Below, in pieces: positions 1 to 13,000 of a stretch of DNA of 64,000 nt. Made by a program: the position numbers and the translations under genes. The notes under the pieces were generated by a model. That model saw only the letters and a program-made list of their open reading frames with translations. It made no database searches and was not told the DNA's origin. The stretch covers positions 6,882,001 to 6,946,000 of the forward strand of contig OZ004612.1 in assembly GCA_963924565.1 (NCBI GenBank), in the 5' to 3' direction. Positions within the stretch are counted from its first letter, which is position 1. Each line of letters opens with the position of its first letter. Origin of the DNA: Ascidiella aspersa (Eukaryota).

Positions 1-137
1 TGTATAGGCCTTATTTCCGCTTTCGTCATTATTACGACTACCGGTATAAGGTATTAGTCCTATTTGCGCCCTATTCCTAACTGTCTTATATTCTGAAGTT
101 GATGTTGTTCTTATTTTTTCTCAAGGCTGGAGTATCT
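1..137 (-). repeat. Dispersed repeat family A (fragment)
   Basis: Reverse complement (ccagccttgagaaaaaataagaacaacatcaac...) resembles 40630-40830 and 51800-51900. Confidence 0.55.
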
Positions 138-3100
138 TCGAAGATATGCAACTTAAGGCCTATATAATAAAAAATGCATGCAATTTAAGAGAAATAGAGG
201 TAGCCTACACCGCAAATATTTCGCGCCCGCTTCGCTCGCAAAGTGCGCCTTCACGTTTTTAAATGTCTCTAGGTGCGCACCTAAGTAAAAAAGGTTAAGA
301 AACAATGTATTAGATAGCAATAAAAGATTGTGATTTTTGTTCTAAAAAGTGCATTATAACGTTATAACCTAGATAAGTGTAGTGGTTTGCCTTTGGTAAT
401 CAGGTTAACGTTCCGCTTGACACAAGGACTGGCATTTTAGGTTTAGGCATACGTGTGTCAGTATATAATATTTTTATTATAAGCAAAACTCGTCAAGTAA
501 ATTAAACTTGACTACTAGGCAGGGACTGCTGTATGCGTTACATGCTGCTATGCACCACGTTTTAAAAAGTATACAGCTGCGCTCTTACGCCAAAAAGTTA
601 AGAAAGCCTGCATTAAAATGGTTGGTAATTTCTTAGGTCATCACTGAACAGCGTGTTTATCGTTTGGTCTTGGCAGATGCCTGTATGTCTATCTGCCAAG
701 CCAAAAAATATAACGTATAATTTTAATAATTCAAAAAGTTTCGCGGCACACTATTTGACAATCACTGGCCTAGGCTTGGAGTCACTAAATTATTTTATTA
801 CAAATAAAATGCCGCGGACCTAATCCGCCAAGTCTCTTAAATAATAAGTTTTTTATCAATTTTTAGTCCAATTTTTTTTTCTCGTTACGCGCGACTAAGC
901 GACGTTTTACCCATACGAAAATAGGTGATTTTAGGTTTTTATTTCATTTTTGACGATATTCCTGAAAGCTTGGATTCCACCCCGGAATCCCGGATCTTGC
1001 CCTGGTCATCAGTAGCGTGCTTATTTTGTGGTCTGAGCCGATGGATACCCTGGCTATAACCTTATCTTAGGCCAAGGAAATATTCGGCCCTGCATTTTTA
1101 AGGTTAATTTTTTGTAAGGGTAGTGCAGATCCAGTAGAAGTACAGTACAGTTTTCGCCTAAAACATAGGACTGATTATCGTCATATTTGTGTCTTGTGTA
1201 AGTAGATAAATACATCGTTTTATTTATGCTGTCTGTATTACTTAGCAACAACTTATTTATTGTTTAATTATTTATCTTACAATTTTATTTTGGTGTAAGT
1301 CACTTGAATGACAATTTATAAGATTAATTAAATTAAAAGAGTGACAAGGTTTTTTAATTCACGTGATTTAATGTTTTTCTAACTATATAAGGGACATGGC
1401 CGGATTAGCTATTGAACCCGTGAGGCCAGGAATGAATGCATTTTTATTACTTTTTGTAGCTTGGTTTGCAAAATAAGGCCCTTCTCTAATAAACAGCCTT
1501 AGGCCTACAGAGCCCTGACCGGACCTGGTAGGCCTACTACCCACCCGTGAATAATGTTTTTATATTTAAGGGTTATAAAACTTTGTAAAGTGTTATAGGC
1601 CAAAAAACATGATGTTAGTTTCAAAGGTAAACAACGTTAATCGTAAAACATAAGCAATTGTTTTGCCAAGCACTTTTAACGTAAATAAATCGATTCATAC
1701 TCACTGTAGTTTTGCTCTATGCTGCAATTATTTTGTATACTTGTCGAAATATTCCATATCTCCTGGGAGGTACTTTGTGAATTGCAATTGTTTAGGTAAA
1801 TTACGAGCACCGCAAATGTAATAAAACAATGGTTTCCTTTTGGTGCCATTCCAGATTTTCATTAAGTAATCACTATAAGCCTGACTTCGGGAATAAGTGC
1901 AAATTATTCGATGCAAATCCTATATATCTTTCCGATAACCTTGATTTTCCGAAAAAAAACGCAGTTATCTGCCTGGATACAACCACTGTTTAGAATTGAC
2001 ACATGTTACTCAGAAGTAAAACAAATAGTGTTTGGATTTATTAAAAATCCACACACAAATATCGAATTTATAACAATGAAAAATTGACATCAGACATGAA
2101 CAGAAAAGGCGTTACTTGAGGAAATTGGCAAATAGCCAGGTGGGTCAAACTTACGTCTTACTTTTGGCGGCATAAATAAAAAAATTACGTCAGCGGGCCG
2201 CGACTATACATCAATGTATAAATGGTTTTGGCGAAAATACCACGATCTACGAAAACGTTTGAAATGCAAAGACTTTTACTTGTCGCCGAAATTTTGGGAA
2301 TGTATTTTGTTTTCAAACAAGTTTCATAATATTTGTGTTTCAAACATGTGTCAAGAGCAGCAAATTTACCAATTTTAATCATTATATTAAATAACGAAAG
2401 TAATTTGTTCGATATGCGTTAAAATTATCCCAAGTGTTCTTGGCATCAACAAAAAAATAGCTTAAAAAAAATAGCGGACGAAAAAATGGAATAAAGGTAT
2501 CAGGAGACAGCAGGTATCAGGAGACAGCGTCCTCTAGTTGCCAGACTCCAGCCATCAACAAAAAGCAACAGCAGCAGGTGAACAAACACCCCAAAATCCC
2601 CAAAAGCAACGATGGCGACCACAAAAAATCTCAGAATAAGCGCAACGATAAACAATATGACGTTCACCCTTAATGAACACACGCCCACTCAAAGCGATGC
2701 ATTAACAGCAGGTGATCCGACAACCAGCCTGGGTGGACTAACATAAGCTCAAGGCTCCAAACAATATAATGTCAAAATGTGTAAGAAATTTACCAAACCT
2801 TTTTTAAAAACAAATTAATTGATTCAGTCCGCATTGAGGAGGTTGCACTGGACGCCATTATAAATCCGCCAACAACCTGTCGTGTTTATGAATATAACGG
2901 GAATATAAAATCATTCTATTCTAAGCTAGTATTCTTGCACTTATTTGGATTTAAACAAATAGTTAAAAATTGACATAAACTGTTTTGATCACTTCATCTG
3001 CCCTGCGAAAACCACTATTGTTTACATTGTAAGCTTTCCCGTATTCCTAATGCCAGGAAAACTTTTAATGTTTGGTAGTTCGAACTTGACTTGGGAAACC

Positions 3101-5169
3101 AAGCAGAAATACGTAAAGTCAAGTTATGGTGGCAACTTGCGTTTTCATCAATAATACTTCACTTTTGGTTGTTCTTTATAAGGATATACTCAATTAGTAT
3201 GTTCTATTTGGAACACTAATATTATGTTTCAAAACGATAAAACGCTTTTACGACTTCTTAACCGTAACAAACATAGAACCATTATACTATTTGACTTAAA
3301 AAATGCATATACATTCAATCCACAGCGATGAGATAAGCCATGTACATAATAAGACACTTACGTTGATGGTTTTTGTGTAATCTTATTTGTCGTGTCTTAC
3401 ATGAGAACGCGAAACGAATATAACGCGTGGAAAAGAAATTCCGCACCATTTCCAGCGAAAATGTCAGCAGTATAAAGAACAACAGGTCTCAGGTCTCTCA
3501 TTAGGCCTTAACATTGCGGCAAGAAGTATAAAATTTTGCGACGTCAATATTACATTGATACCTTCATGTGTCAGAGTGCCACATCCAAGCTGAATATTTT
3601 AATAAGTGTTCTTTATATTTCTGTTCTCTGTAGTTTACAAATCAATATTTATCCGCGTTTTTTATACGACCGGCCTAAAATTAAAAGTTCTAAAGAAGTT
3701 ATTTGTGAAATGACTTAAGACCAATTCAAGTCACTCTTTTATAAGAGCATCCTTTTTTGCAGTTGAACTTGCCTATATTTTTTTCGCATGTAGTATGTAC
3801 ATTTTAAGATCATCATAAAACTTGTGCTGTGGTTTTAACAGGACATAAATATTAAACAAGCTGAAACGTGATTTCGTCATAACCGACAACCTTTTGCTAA
3901 AACATGATTTTTAAATGGCCACAAAGCATAAGAATGTTATCGGAACATTATACTGCTCAAATAAAACCTACATTTTATCATTCAGCTAGTAAAAAGTCAT
4001 TACTGGGCCTACTTATTATGCTCTGTTTTGTTATTACAAGCGCAAAATCATGAAACTTCCCGAGGGTGACGAGCACGAAAGTCATCGTAAAATCGAGGAT
4101 CAAGTCATATGGTTAAAGGACCGCATTGTTGAGGCGCTAGGTTTCAAAATTTATAGAGAAACAAGCGTATTTTGCTTTCAGCAATCGACAACCTCAGAAA
4201 TTAGATTAATATATGGCGGTTGATTAGAAGGGAGTGAGAACCACTTCTGTTGATTAGAAGGGAGTGAGAACCACGCGACTGCATTCACATGTTCTCGATT
4301 CAAGGTCAGTTCGTTGCATTGTACTGGCATCGATTAATAGAGTAGGGCAGGCAACACACAGCAGCAAACAATTCGTTAGAAATAACTGCCATTTTTATAT
4401 TGTGCAAAGCTTGCAGTTTAATATAGGTACTGTGAATGAAGGGAACGTCAAATTTTTGCATATAATTGCATAAAAAGAGACTCAATTCAACTAAAATTTT
4501 TCGTGTTATATCCTACTCGTTATAGGCCTATCACTTTGTGAGTGAAAAATTTTAAGTTTACTAGTTTTCTTTTCAGTTAGTCACACGTTTTCTTCAAGCG
4601 TAAGAAATAAAAGGTCATTCGCAGCAGTCTATGGACTAATTAAATTAGTGGCGGACTTTCGGTTTTGCTTCTACTTCCTTAACTGTTTTTCCTTAAGTTA
4701 ATTAGCCACTGCTATGAATACCATGTCTAATCAACCATCAAAGACGGTTTTACACAGACTCGTAAAAAATAGCGAAAATTGAAGTTAGTAATAGGAGATA
4801 ATGTGATTTTTATTATGAATGCGTTAGATTCTTTTTAATGTAGTAAGACAAGCTATTCTCATTAAGCAGTTTTCAACCGTGGTTTCTTAACTTAATGGGT
4901 AGGTTTGTTTCTGATTTTAAATTTTTTTTGTTGTTCAAAAATACCGTTAGAATAAAGTAATCTTCGGAAAATGCTGTTCAAATTACGGGAAATTTATTTT
5001 TTGTGTTTGATTGCAATTACTCTGTTGACGCGACAATGTTTTTTTTAATTTTTCTTCTAATCGTACCCGCGACTGTTACGATTGCAACAGTGGCTGCATG
5101 CGTTGCCAGGGCGACTTTGCTATATTCATAAGTATAGTTTGAGGAAACAATCTTTGGGCTGAAATGTTC

Positions 5170-5470
5170 TGGATCTGACATTAAGGAGTCAGCCAAATAT
5201 GAGAGACTACATCACGTTTAATTCTACCGAATTATTAATTGCATGTATCAATTTACGATAAAATGGTGTATTTCCACGAAATCTCCTAACATTCTGTCAG
5301 CGTCTCATCGTATTCTTTCCGGATCCGGTTTCAGAAGTCGGAATTGACTTAGTTTTCTAGACGGAAATCAGATTCGTACATCGGGCTTGAATTGGTTTAA
5401 ACCGACTATATCCGCAACCGTGCTTCGTACGAACATGCTGCACATGCGATATCAGAAAAGAACCAGCAAC
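5170..5470 (-). pseudogene. Degenerate P-loop NTPase (NACHT-like) fragment
   Basis: Minus frame reads KSIPTSETGSGKNTMRR*QNVRRFRGNTPFYRKLIHAINNSVELNVM*. This is Walker-A-like, followed by a NACHT-like FY..L..IN segment, with in-frame stops. Confidence 0.3.
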
Positions 5471-6649
5471 ACCATTACTAATAATAATGTGGAATCCACT
5501 GTTGACCTCGGAGGTAGTTTTGGAGTAAAATTTGAAGTAGCAATTTTACCTTCAATCATACGCAAATGACTAAGCGGATGTCGCATTTTAGACTTCTTGT
5601 TCGTATTTCCTAATATTCGACATCATAATTATTTTGCGTCGGGCGTACTTTGCCTTTGACGCGACGAGGAGAAAATGTTGCGAAAATCGATGATGTTGAG
5701 CCATAAGCTGAGAGAAAAAGCGTGCGGCGCGTTTTGGACGGAAGCCATTTCTGCTTGCGACAGGCAGTTAACAGCAGCCTATGCGTTGTTGCGCGATCAA
5801 ATGAAATGCGATAGTTGAGGTTGGCGCAAGCATCGAAACCGCAATACTGTTGCATTACTTCCCTTCTACCTTACGCTCTTTTAATGAAGCAATGCTAGCG
5901 ACGCGTTGTTTTGTGACGTAACACCTAATGAATACGTCATAAGCTTCAAGTCTTGACTAGCAATGAGTAATTACAGCGTGGCATTTGGCGGAATACAGTG
6001 ACGCGATTGCATGAACGCATCTGAGCCTTACAACTATTTTGTGAGGCTGTTTTTAGATTACTTGATTACTGCTTCGCAACAAACCACTGAAAACTAACCT
6101 TATCAGTTGGAAGGAAATGATGCCATTCAATCAAAGCTGAAGACAAGGCGTTGGTTCGAAAAACTCTATTGCACATTGGATCGACTGTACTTATATTAAG
6201 CTTAGAAAAAAGTTTGGATTGAACTATTCCTCAACCCTAGAAAACTCATAAGTGGAACCTAAATTATAGTTACAGTCGAAAGATGCGTTATAAATAAATC
6301 GGCTTTTTACTATACTTGTAACTGTCATGGGCGGTTCATAACTGTATTTATTTCTTATTTTCACTACGTAAATGCAATAATTTTCAAATCTGGATTAGGT
6401 TTTTAACATGTCTTACCCATTCTGGTTAATTTGGTTTAGCCCAAATACCTCGTGTGTCTTAACATCTAAAATGAAAGCTTTACCGACTTAAACAATATAA
6501 AGGCGTTTTTTCGCTTTGTGTGAATCGATAACATGTTTACAATAAACTTTAGTATTGAGAGTAACACCTTTCCAACCTTAAACTTCAACAAAATAACATA
6601 CGATGTATAAGTTGTTAAGATTTACTTCTTTATGATGTTGCGTTTAGAT

Positions 6650-6850
6650 ATAATTTTGTGTCGTCACGTTTTGACGTAAAATTGGGTCGTCACAACAGCA
6701 TATTTATTGTGTCATCACGTTAACTGACGTAACTTTGTGACATAATTTCTGAAACATTGTCAATTTTGACGTAACTTTGTGACATAATTTCTGAAACATT
6801 GCCAATTTTGACGCAATTTTTTGACGCAATTTCTGAAATATTGTCAATGC
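6650..6850. repeat. Minisatellite, ~42-bp unit
   Basis: Repeated (tttt)gacgtaactttgtgacataatttctgaaacattgtcaa; explains the repetitive ORFs at 6704-6929. Confidence 0.85.
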
Positions 6851-7719
6851 CCCGAAACAAAAATCGTAGACTCGCGACTCGTAAGTGCGCATTTCGTATT
6901 TGTGTTTTATGGCTGTTTATTTGCCACACATTTTAACCTGGGCCCGTGCAAATAACGACTCAGACAAACCAGTGAAAAACATAGAGATAACCAACTTAGA
7001 CTAACTTTTAGTTAACCCTTATATAGTTGCAATGTTTAACTCTCTTTAAATGACTATAGTGGCCAACTGTTAGATATCCTTTTACATTTTACCGATAAAC
7101 AATTTGCTGCAATTGCTCCGATAAGGCCTCATACAAAGAAGGCAAGTTGTCACTTTGCTTGTTTATAAATGGAGTCTTCTTGAAATATCAAACGGTAAGG
7201 CAAAATTTATTGAGGAATAAAGTGATTTTCTAGACGTACAAAAGTTGTACTTATATTTTCTATTTGAACTTTGGTATTTCTAGTGTACGTATAATCTAAT
7301 CATACATGGTAGAATCTATATTTTGACTTTGAAGTGCAATTTAAATGGTAACTTTAACTGTACAATTACAAAGCACATTATTCTTTACGTTATTCTAATA
7401 TGTTTGAAAATACGCCATGAGAATGATACTTTCGCCATTTTGTGTCACCACACAACGCATTCAGTCATACACCTGCTGTTGGATTACGTAATCAAATTAG
7501 CAGACGCGCCGCAAGAAATTCTTCATTGATTGCTAAGCGTTTTCCGCATTTTATTTCAGACTCGACGTTTAGTCGCTTGGTCATTTGTTAACATTATTGC
7601 AAAGAGGAAGGTTGGTACGTTTTTCAAGGTAAGTTATCGCTGATTTTAAAACATATAGGTAACAGGATAAACTACTTATTTTGCGTGTGAATTAAACCCG
7701 ACAGTTTCAAGTGTGAGTA

Positions 7720-7910
7720 GCCGCATTGTATATATTTGTCGAAATGGCATGTTTGTCGCGTTATTTAGTTTTGTTTGTCGTTTTGTTGTTTGGTCTTTTG
7801 TGAAAGTGGGACCAAGGGCTGGGTAGGGACTTCCAAGGGTGGTACCGGGTCTCGAGAAATTTCCGGGTGGCATCTTAGACTGGCCCCACTGTGTGAATGG
7901 GAAGCGGTGA
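7720..7910. repeat. Dispersed ~190-bp repeat, copy 1
   Basis: ccaagggctgggtagggacttccaagggtgg...tccgggtggcatcttagactggccccactgtgtgaatgggaa recurs at 13630-13810. Confidence 0.75.
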
Positions 7911-8227
7911 GATTTCTGTGAATATTCAGTATAGTCATTTAAAAGGACGGATTTGTTGTTTTCTACATAATTTGCAAGTCTTTGCTTAATAAGACTCGAA
8001 TCATTTAATTACAATACTGCTCGCATTAACGACTTTGTATTTTATTTCAGGTTCTGGTTGATTGTGAGCGTTAAAACACATGTACCTAAAAAAAATACCT
8101 AAAAAACAATTGGTTCTTTTCAGATAGTCCTGCATTTATGTGAAAAAAGTTAGCCTTATGCTAAATGGACCAAACAGGAATATAGAGTAGTTGAGTAAAA
8201 AAGGGCATGACAATTCTATTTCTTACA

Positions 8228-8640
8228 GAAACTGCTCCATCACCCCTTATGACGAAAGTTAGTTTACAACCTTGAAGGTATGATGTACCATTGTTGGAGA
8301 TAATTTTATTTGTACGAGCGGTAATATAACCAGTTTATTTTGGGCTTCATTCTTCACACGAAAGACGATGAGATGGAGGACATCTACGTTCAACACATCT
8401 GGTAGATGATGAAAGCTATGACAGAGAAAAAGTGCGACCTATTTTATCATCAAATGCAGCATTCTGTTAAAGGTAAGTCAAAGAGTACAATATTTTGATG
8501 TGCTGGCTAACATCAACGCGAGTTAATTGCGACTCCTGTGCTTTTCGTTTTTTTTTTTCAGAGGCAACTTTGGTTTACACTACCAGTCAAAACCTACTGT
8601 GCTTTAAAGTTATCACAATCCTGCTCAGATGGTGGTAGAA
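8228..8640 (+). pseudogene. Decayed spliced exons of an unknown gene family
   Basis: An exon-like piece ends in aaag|gtaagt at ~8472 and reads ...QHIW*MMKAMTEKKCDLFYHQMQHSVK. Homologous pieces occur at ~12200-12345 (VKCDLFCRYMQHAVK) and ~12830-12990; the following intron/acceptor (8490-8561) matches 13020-13085. Confidence 0.4.
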
Positions 8641-8685
8641 ATTAAATTGTTGATGATTGAAAAAGCCTACCGCGCAAGCTAAGAC

Positions 8686-9300
8686 CAGTGCTCCACAACG
8701 GGTGTACCGCGACGTTCCCGGAGGTGTGTTACTTTTTTATTGGTACTTTGTAATAACGAGAACCAACTCGAAAATGGTACGTGTAACCTTATGAACTTTC
8801 AGTAATGTTTCATGTTACCTTCCATCAACTAAAGTCAAATTTCAAACGAGTGTTTTAGGAGTAAACATACAACAATTGTTTTCAAACTTTTCATCAAAGT
8901 AAAACGTTTCATTAATTATCCATATTGCTCAAAAAATTTTATTATTGTAAATGTGATTGTATAAATTAAGGTTGCTGTTTCTAAAAAATAATTAGGATAC
9001 AAAAGACAAAGCAAAATTGTCAAGGTATGCAATTTTAAGAACTTTGGAGCCGGCTTAAGCTAAGGCTATTTTATGACAAAAAAGCGTTAAAAACGCAAAT
9101 TTAGAAGATAAAATAATTTAATTCGTTAAATTTTGGGCGCTTTCGGCGCGTTTAATCTAAATCTCTATTGTTTCGTTGTGGGGTGCTTAGAATATTTGCT
9201 AGTGCTTATTGTAGATCGTCGTATTTGTTTCATAGTTGTGCCACCGAATTGTTTTAATCATGCTGGTGTGCCGCAAGCAAAAAAAGGTTACGGAGCACTG
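8686..9300. mobile_element. Non-autonomous hAT-like DNA transposon (MITE)
   Basis: TIRs cagtgctcc / ggagcactg; flanks gctaagac / gcttagac (7/8 TSD); second family member inverted at 51565-52564. Confidence 0.85.
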
Positions 9301-9639
9301 GCTTAGACGACACTATACGGGATTCGCCGTTAAAAACCCTTTATTGAAAGTTTCTTTATGAACCAGAACTACTTTATGATGTTACTCACCGTCAACTCAC
9401 AATTGTTTACCTTGCTCCAATTTGCTGAATCCCCGAGTTGCCAGAAAAACACCCCTTCATCAATATCACAGTGAGTTTTAATTTTTGATTCATATTATTA
9501 TATAGATGTTACTACCATTATCTCTTCAAGAACGTCCAACCGAGAGTGTCACAAGCTTCGATTGGCATCATCACGTCACCGTGCGGAACCAACATAAGTC
9601 CAGCTGCTTTAAAAAGAAAACAAGTGCTGTATACAAACT

Positions 9640-11110
9640 GAGGCTGTCGCGCGAGCCGATTTCCGGCCGTGGGGTTTGTTTATAGGCCTAACCCCGCTAA
9701 CCCCTTGCCTTACAGGTAACCGTCTTGCGCAAATCAAGGCCCGGCAGGGAGCCTTGCTTGCGTAAAACACGGTCCAACGAGTTGGTGCCGCGAGAAAGAA
9801 CTTGTGTAGTTGTGAGGTTGACCCTTAGGCGCGGCACCATTCCGTAAATATAGGATGCGGCCATTAGCAACCCCCATTTAAAACTGTTAGCGGGATTCCG
9901 GGCAGCCGCCAAGCGCCAAATAGGATCGTTTAGCAAGGAGTGCGGAGCCCGTAAACATTCCCCCGTAAGGTTTGCGATTTAGTTAAGCTTAGGTTCACTG
10001 TGATTGCCTTTAAGATAGAAATGACCTAGAACGTTACTTTGGGTTCCCTACTTGCTTGCGGGAAACGGTGCCTACTATGCTAGATAGGGCCTTGCGCATG
10101 ACAGTCACCGTTGATACAACTCCGCGTTATCAATCCTTTCCAAACATAGTCCTAGGGCATTTGTTTGACTTCTTTGTGAGCCTTTGACCGATCCCCGTAG
10201 ACACTGGTTTTCAACAAAGTTTAGTAGCTCAGCTCTTTGTTAAGAGTGTTTTTTACAGCGTGTCAGCTTAGCACTGCCGCTGTGCGGTAGCTTATTTAGT
10301 TGCAAGTTCTTTTCTTGGCATTTTCACCCACACACAATCACACATAGGCCCCTTTCCACCCCTCCCAGCCCATTGAACAATTGAAAATGCCGGAAAAGAA
10401 ACTCAAAGCGTTGGAAACCAGTTTAATTTGAACGCAATAATTTGTGAAAGTAACGTGGTAAAATCGCGACTAATATATAAAAGAAAATTTGGTTTTCACC
10501 AAGTAAGCTTCCCTCGCGTCCTTTCGACGTGGGACGAGTGTTTACGCCTGCTAGTGCACTCGTCCGGTCATAGGCTTGCCTTTTTTTTTACCTCGACTGC
10601 TTGAGCCAGCATTCTGTTTAGCAGGTACATATTCGCGTTTACCCCACGGTCATGAACGGCGTCGTCGCTTTGCTCTTAAACACAAAATTTACACCCATAA
10701 AAGGGTTCTGTTCCCAACAGATCTATTATAACCTCTGCTAAAGCTTTTGTAGCTCTAAGCAATCGACGAAATCGCGCGGCAGCCTCGCCTTTTATCTTTT
10801 TCTGCATCTCTGCACCTATTTTTGCTTCGCTTAGCAACAGTCAGACGTGGTCCGAGGCGGCGAGTCGTGTGTTCACTTAATTTGCTGCGTTTTTTCGCGT
10901 CTTTTGTTGACTTGTCCGCCTTGGATTGCTAGCGCACATCGGCAGTAGCAAGGTTTCGTGTAAAATTTTCTGCAGACTTCCCAACGAGAGCACATACGCC
11001 AACGAAGAGTAATCGAGTTGCTGAGAGTACGAGTACGATTTATCTGTACGAGTACGCTGGAAATCTCCTTTTTTCTGTTTTTTATCACTTAGTTAGAGAG
11101 GGATTTCGAA
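9640..11110 (+). ncRNA. Candidate long structured RNA / non-coding retroelement body
   Basis: GC-enriched with no credible ORF. Nested helices 9642-48/9901-07, 9693-9701/9886-94, 9720-72 and 9783-92/9830-39; further helices 10274-80/10284-90, 10307-26/10382-400, a three-way junction at 10503-79, and 11060-67/11100-07. The imperfect pairs I checked are mostly G-U on the plus strand. Confidence 0.45.
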
Positions 11111-11344
11111 CTCCAACTTAACCTTTTATATTATTGGTCAAGATAGCTGCACTTCGCTGCTGCCGATTTTAGGATATATTGTGTACTGTGCAAGTAACAA
11201 GCAGGAAGTTTAGGCAGGATAAAACCGTTGCGTACAATCTTAATAGCAATGTTTGACTTCGTAAAACGCGTGACTGTTCAAACAACACTCTTGGTGTTTA
11301 AAATGTGTATTGTGTTTCTTATCTTAATATCTTGCGGCTATTCC

Positions 11345-11485
11345 GGGCCCTGAGGATGGTTTCAAAGCTGCTGCGTTGTTAGATGCTGTTGCCTGAAACG
11401 CAGCGGTTTGGCGTTTTAAGTGGTTTCCAAACTCGGATTTGGCGTCTTAATATGGTTTCCCAAACTCGGTTGGGCGTCCTTAAGA
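11345..11485 (+). ncRNA. Degenerate minimal hammerhead-like motif plus two decayed tandem copies
   Basis: cc-CTGAGGA-tgg (11350-56) ... cct-GAAAC (11395-99)-gcagcg-GTT-tggc, then ~31-bp units tggtttcc(c)aaactcgg(a)tt(t/g)ggcgtc. Confidence 0.35.
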
Positions 11486-11709
11486 GTGAAAGTATGCTTT
11501 TTACGTTTTGCGCAAATAAACTAAAGTTAATGAGCTTGCTGTTTGTTGTTCTAAACATGCGGGGTTGGTGAGTCCGCAAACAAGGATCCTGTACTTTGAA
11601 TTTTTCTTTAATTCCATTAATAGTTTGGGAATGATCAAAACACTCTTGAAAGGCAGACTTCATCCTGGTAATTTCACCAAAGCCCATTGCCCATCCCTAA
11701 AATCGTCAA

Positions 11710-13000
11710 GCCCGTTAAACTAAGGTGGAATTGCCGGATTGGGAAACCCTTGAAAGAGAAATTAATTTGATCTTTAAGTTGCAATTCGACTTCTTAGGCC
11801 AACCTGAATATTGCTTAGGTGGACGCCGCCTTGCATTTCCATGCAAACAGCCCTAAACCTCGCCATGCCCTAAAAAAAGTTTTTTTTCTTGGAATTGCCG
11901 GGCGGGGAATGCCGAGTGATTTTCTTGTTCGACCTATAAGTGGGGTAAATTTTTAATGGGATCAAATAATTTATAAACCCTATTGTAGTATTCACTTATA
12001 ACTAACTCTCGTTGGGAGCTTTTGTTTTTTCATATGTTCCATACGAGTTGGTTACAATGGGCGGAAAGATGATTTCGCATTCGATAATTGAAGTCACCAA
12101 GCTGAATCAAAATGCCTACTAAATTTTGGTAAGATTACTTGTTTGATTGGTGAAACTATCAACGTCTAAACTGCCAAATTTGTACATGTTTGCAGAGGTT
12201 ACATTTGCGCCAAGCTTGTTCTATGCAACACTTCACATGGAAGTTGTCCTCTACGTTTATGGTAGATGAGTAAAGCATATCTCCGACGAGGTAAAGTGCG
12301 ACCTATTTTGTCGCTACATGCAGCATGCTGTTAAATGTACCGTAAGTTAAACGCTGTTGTTATTTTTACGGAATGCTTAGATGCCCATTAAACTAAATTG
12401 GAATTGCCGGATTGGGAAACCTTTGAAAGAAAAATGAACTTTGTTTAAGTTGCAATTGGATTGCTTTGGTCGACCTGAATATCGCTTAGGTGGACGCCGC
12501 CTTGTATTTCCATGCAAACAGTCCTAAACCTCGCCATGCCCTAAAAAAGTTTTTTTTTCTTGGAATTGCCGGGCGGGGAATGCCGAGTGATTTTCTTGGT
12601 TGGACCTGAAGGGCGTAACTTAACTAACTCTTGTTGGGAGCTTTGTTGTTTTTCATATGCGACCAGACTTGGTGTTCATGAGAGGAAAAGATGATTTCTA
12701 TTTCGATTTACCGTGAAGCCACCAAGATTATTCAAAATCCTTACTAAATTTTGGTGAGATACTTGTTTCATTGTGTAGGCTACGCTATTATCAACGTATA
12801 ATTGGCAAATTTGTACATATTTGTAGAGCTTAAATTTGCGCCCAGCCTGTTTTATGCAACACTTTTACTACACTGAGTCAGTCATCTACGTGTACAGTAC
12901 AACCGGTAAATGAGGAAAGCATACATCCGACTAGGTAATGTGCGACCTAGATTTTAGCCAAATACAGCATGTTGGTTGTAAAAGGTTAGTGAAATGATGT
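11710..13000. repeat. Tandem duplication, ~670-bp period
   Basis: 11710-12345 aligns with 12383-12990, e.g. shared ggaattgccggattgggaaacc and cctaaacctcgccatgccctaaaaaaag. Confidence 0.9.

Noticed and set aside
2440-2890. Coding-like composition with splice-like sites
   Set aside because: Stops interrupt the frames I translated and no domain is recognisable.
6650-6850. Regular repeats here and at 58140-58345 as CRISPR-like arrays
   Set aside because: No unique spacers, eukaryotic context and no cas genes.
9685-9705. ctaaccccgctaacccc as a telomerase RNA template
   Set aside because: It is not a permutation of CCCTAA, both halves fall in predicted helices, and I found no convincing pseudoknot or H/ACA box.
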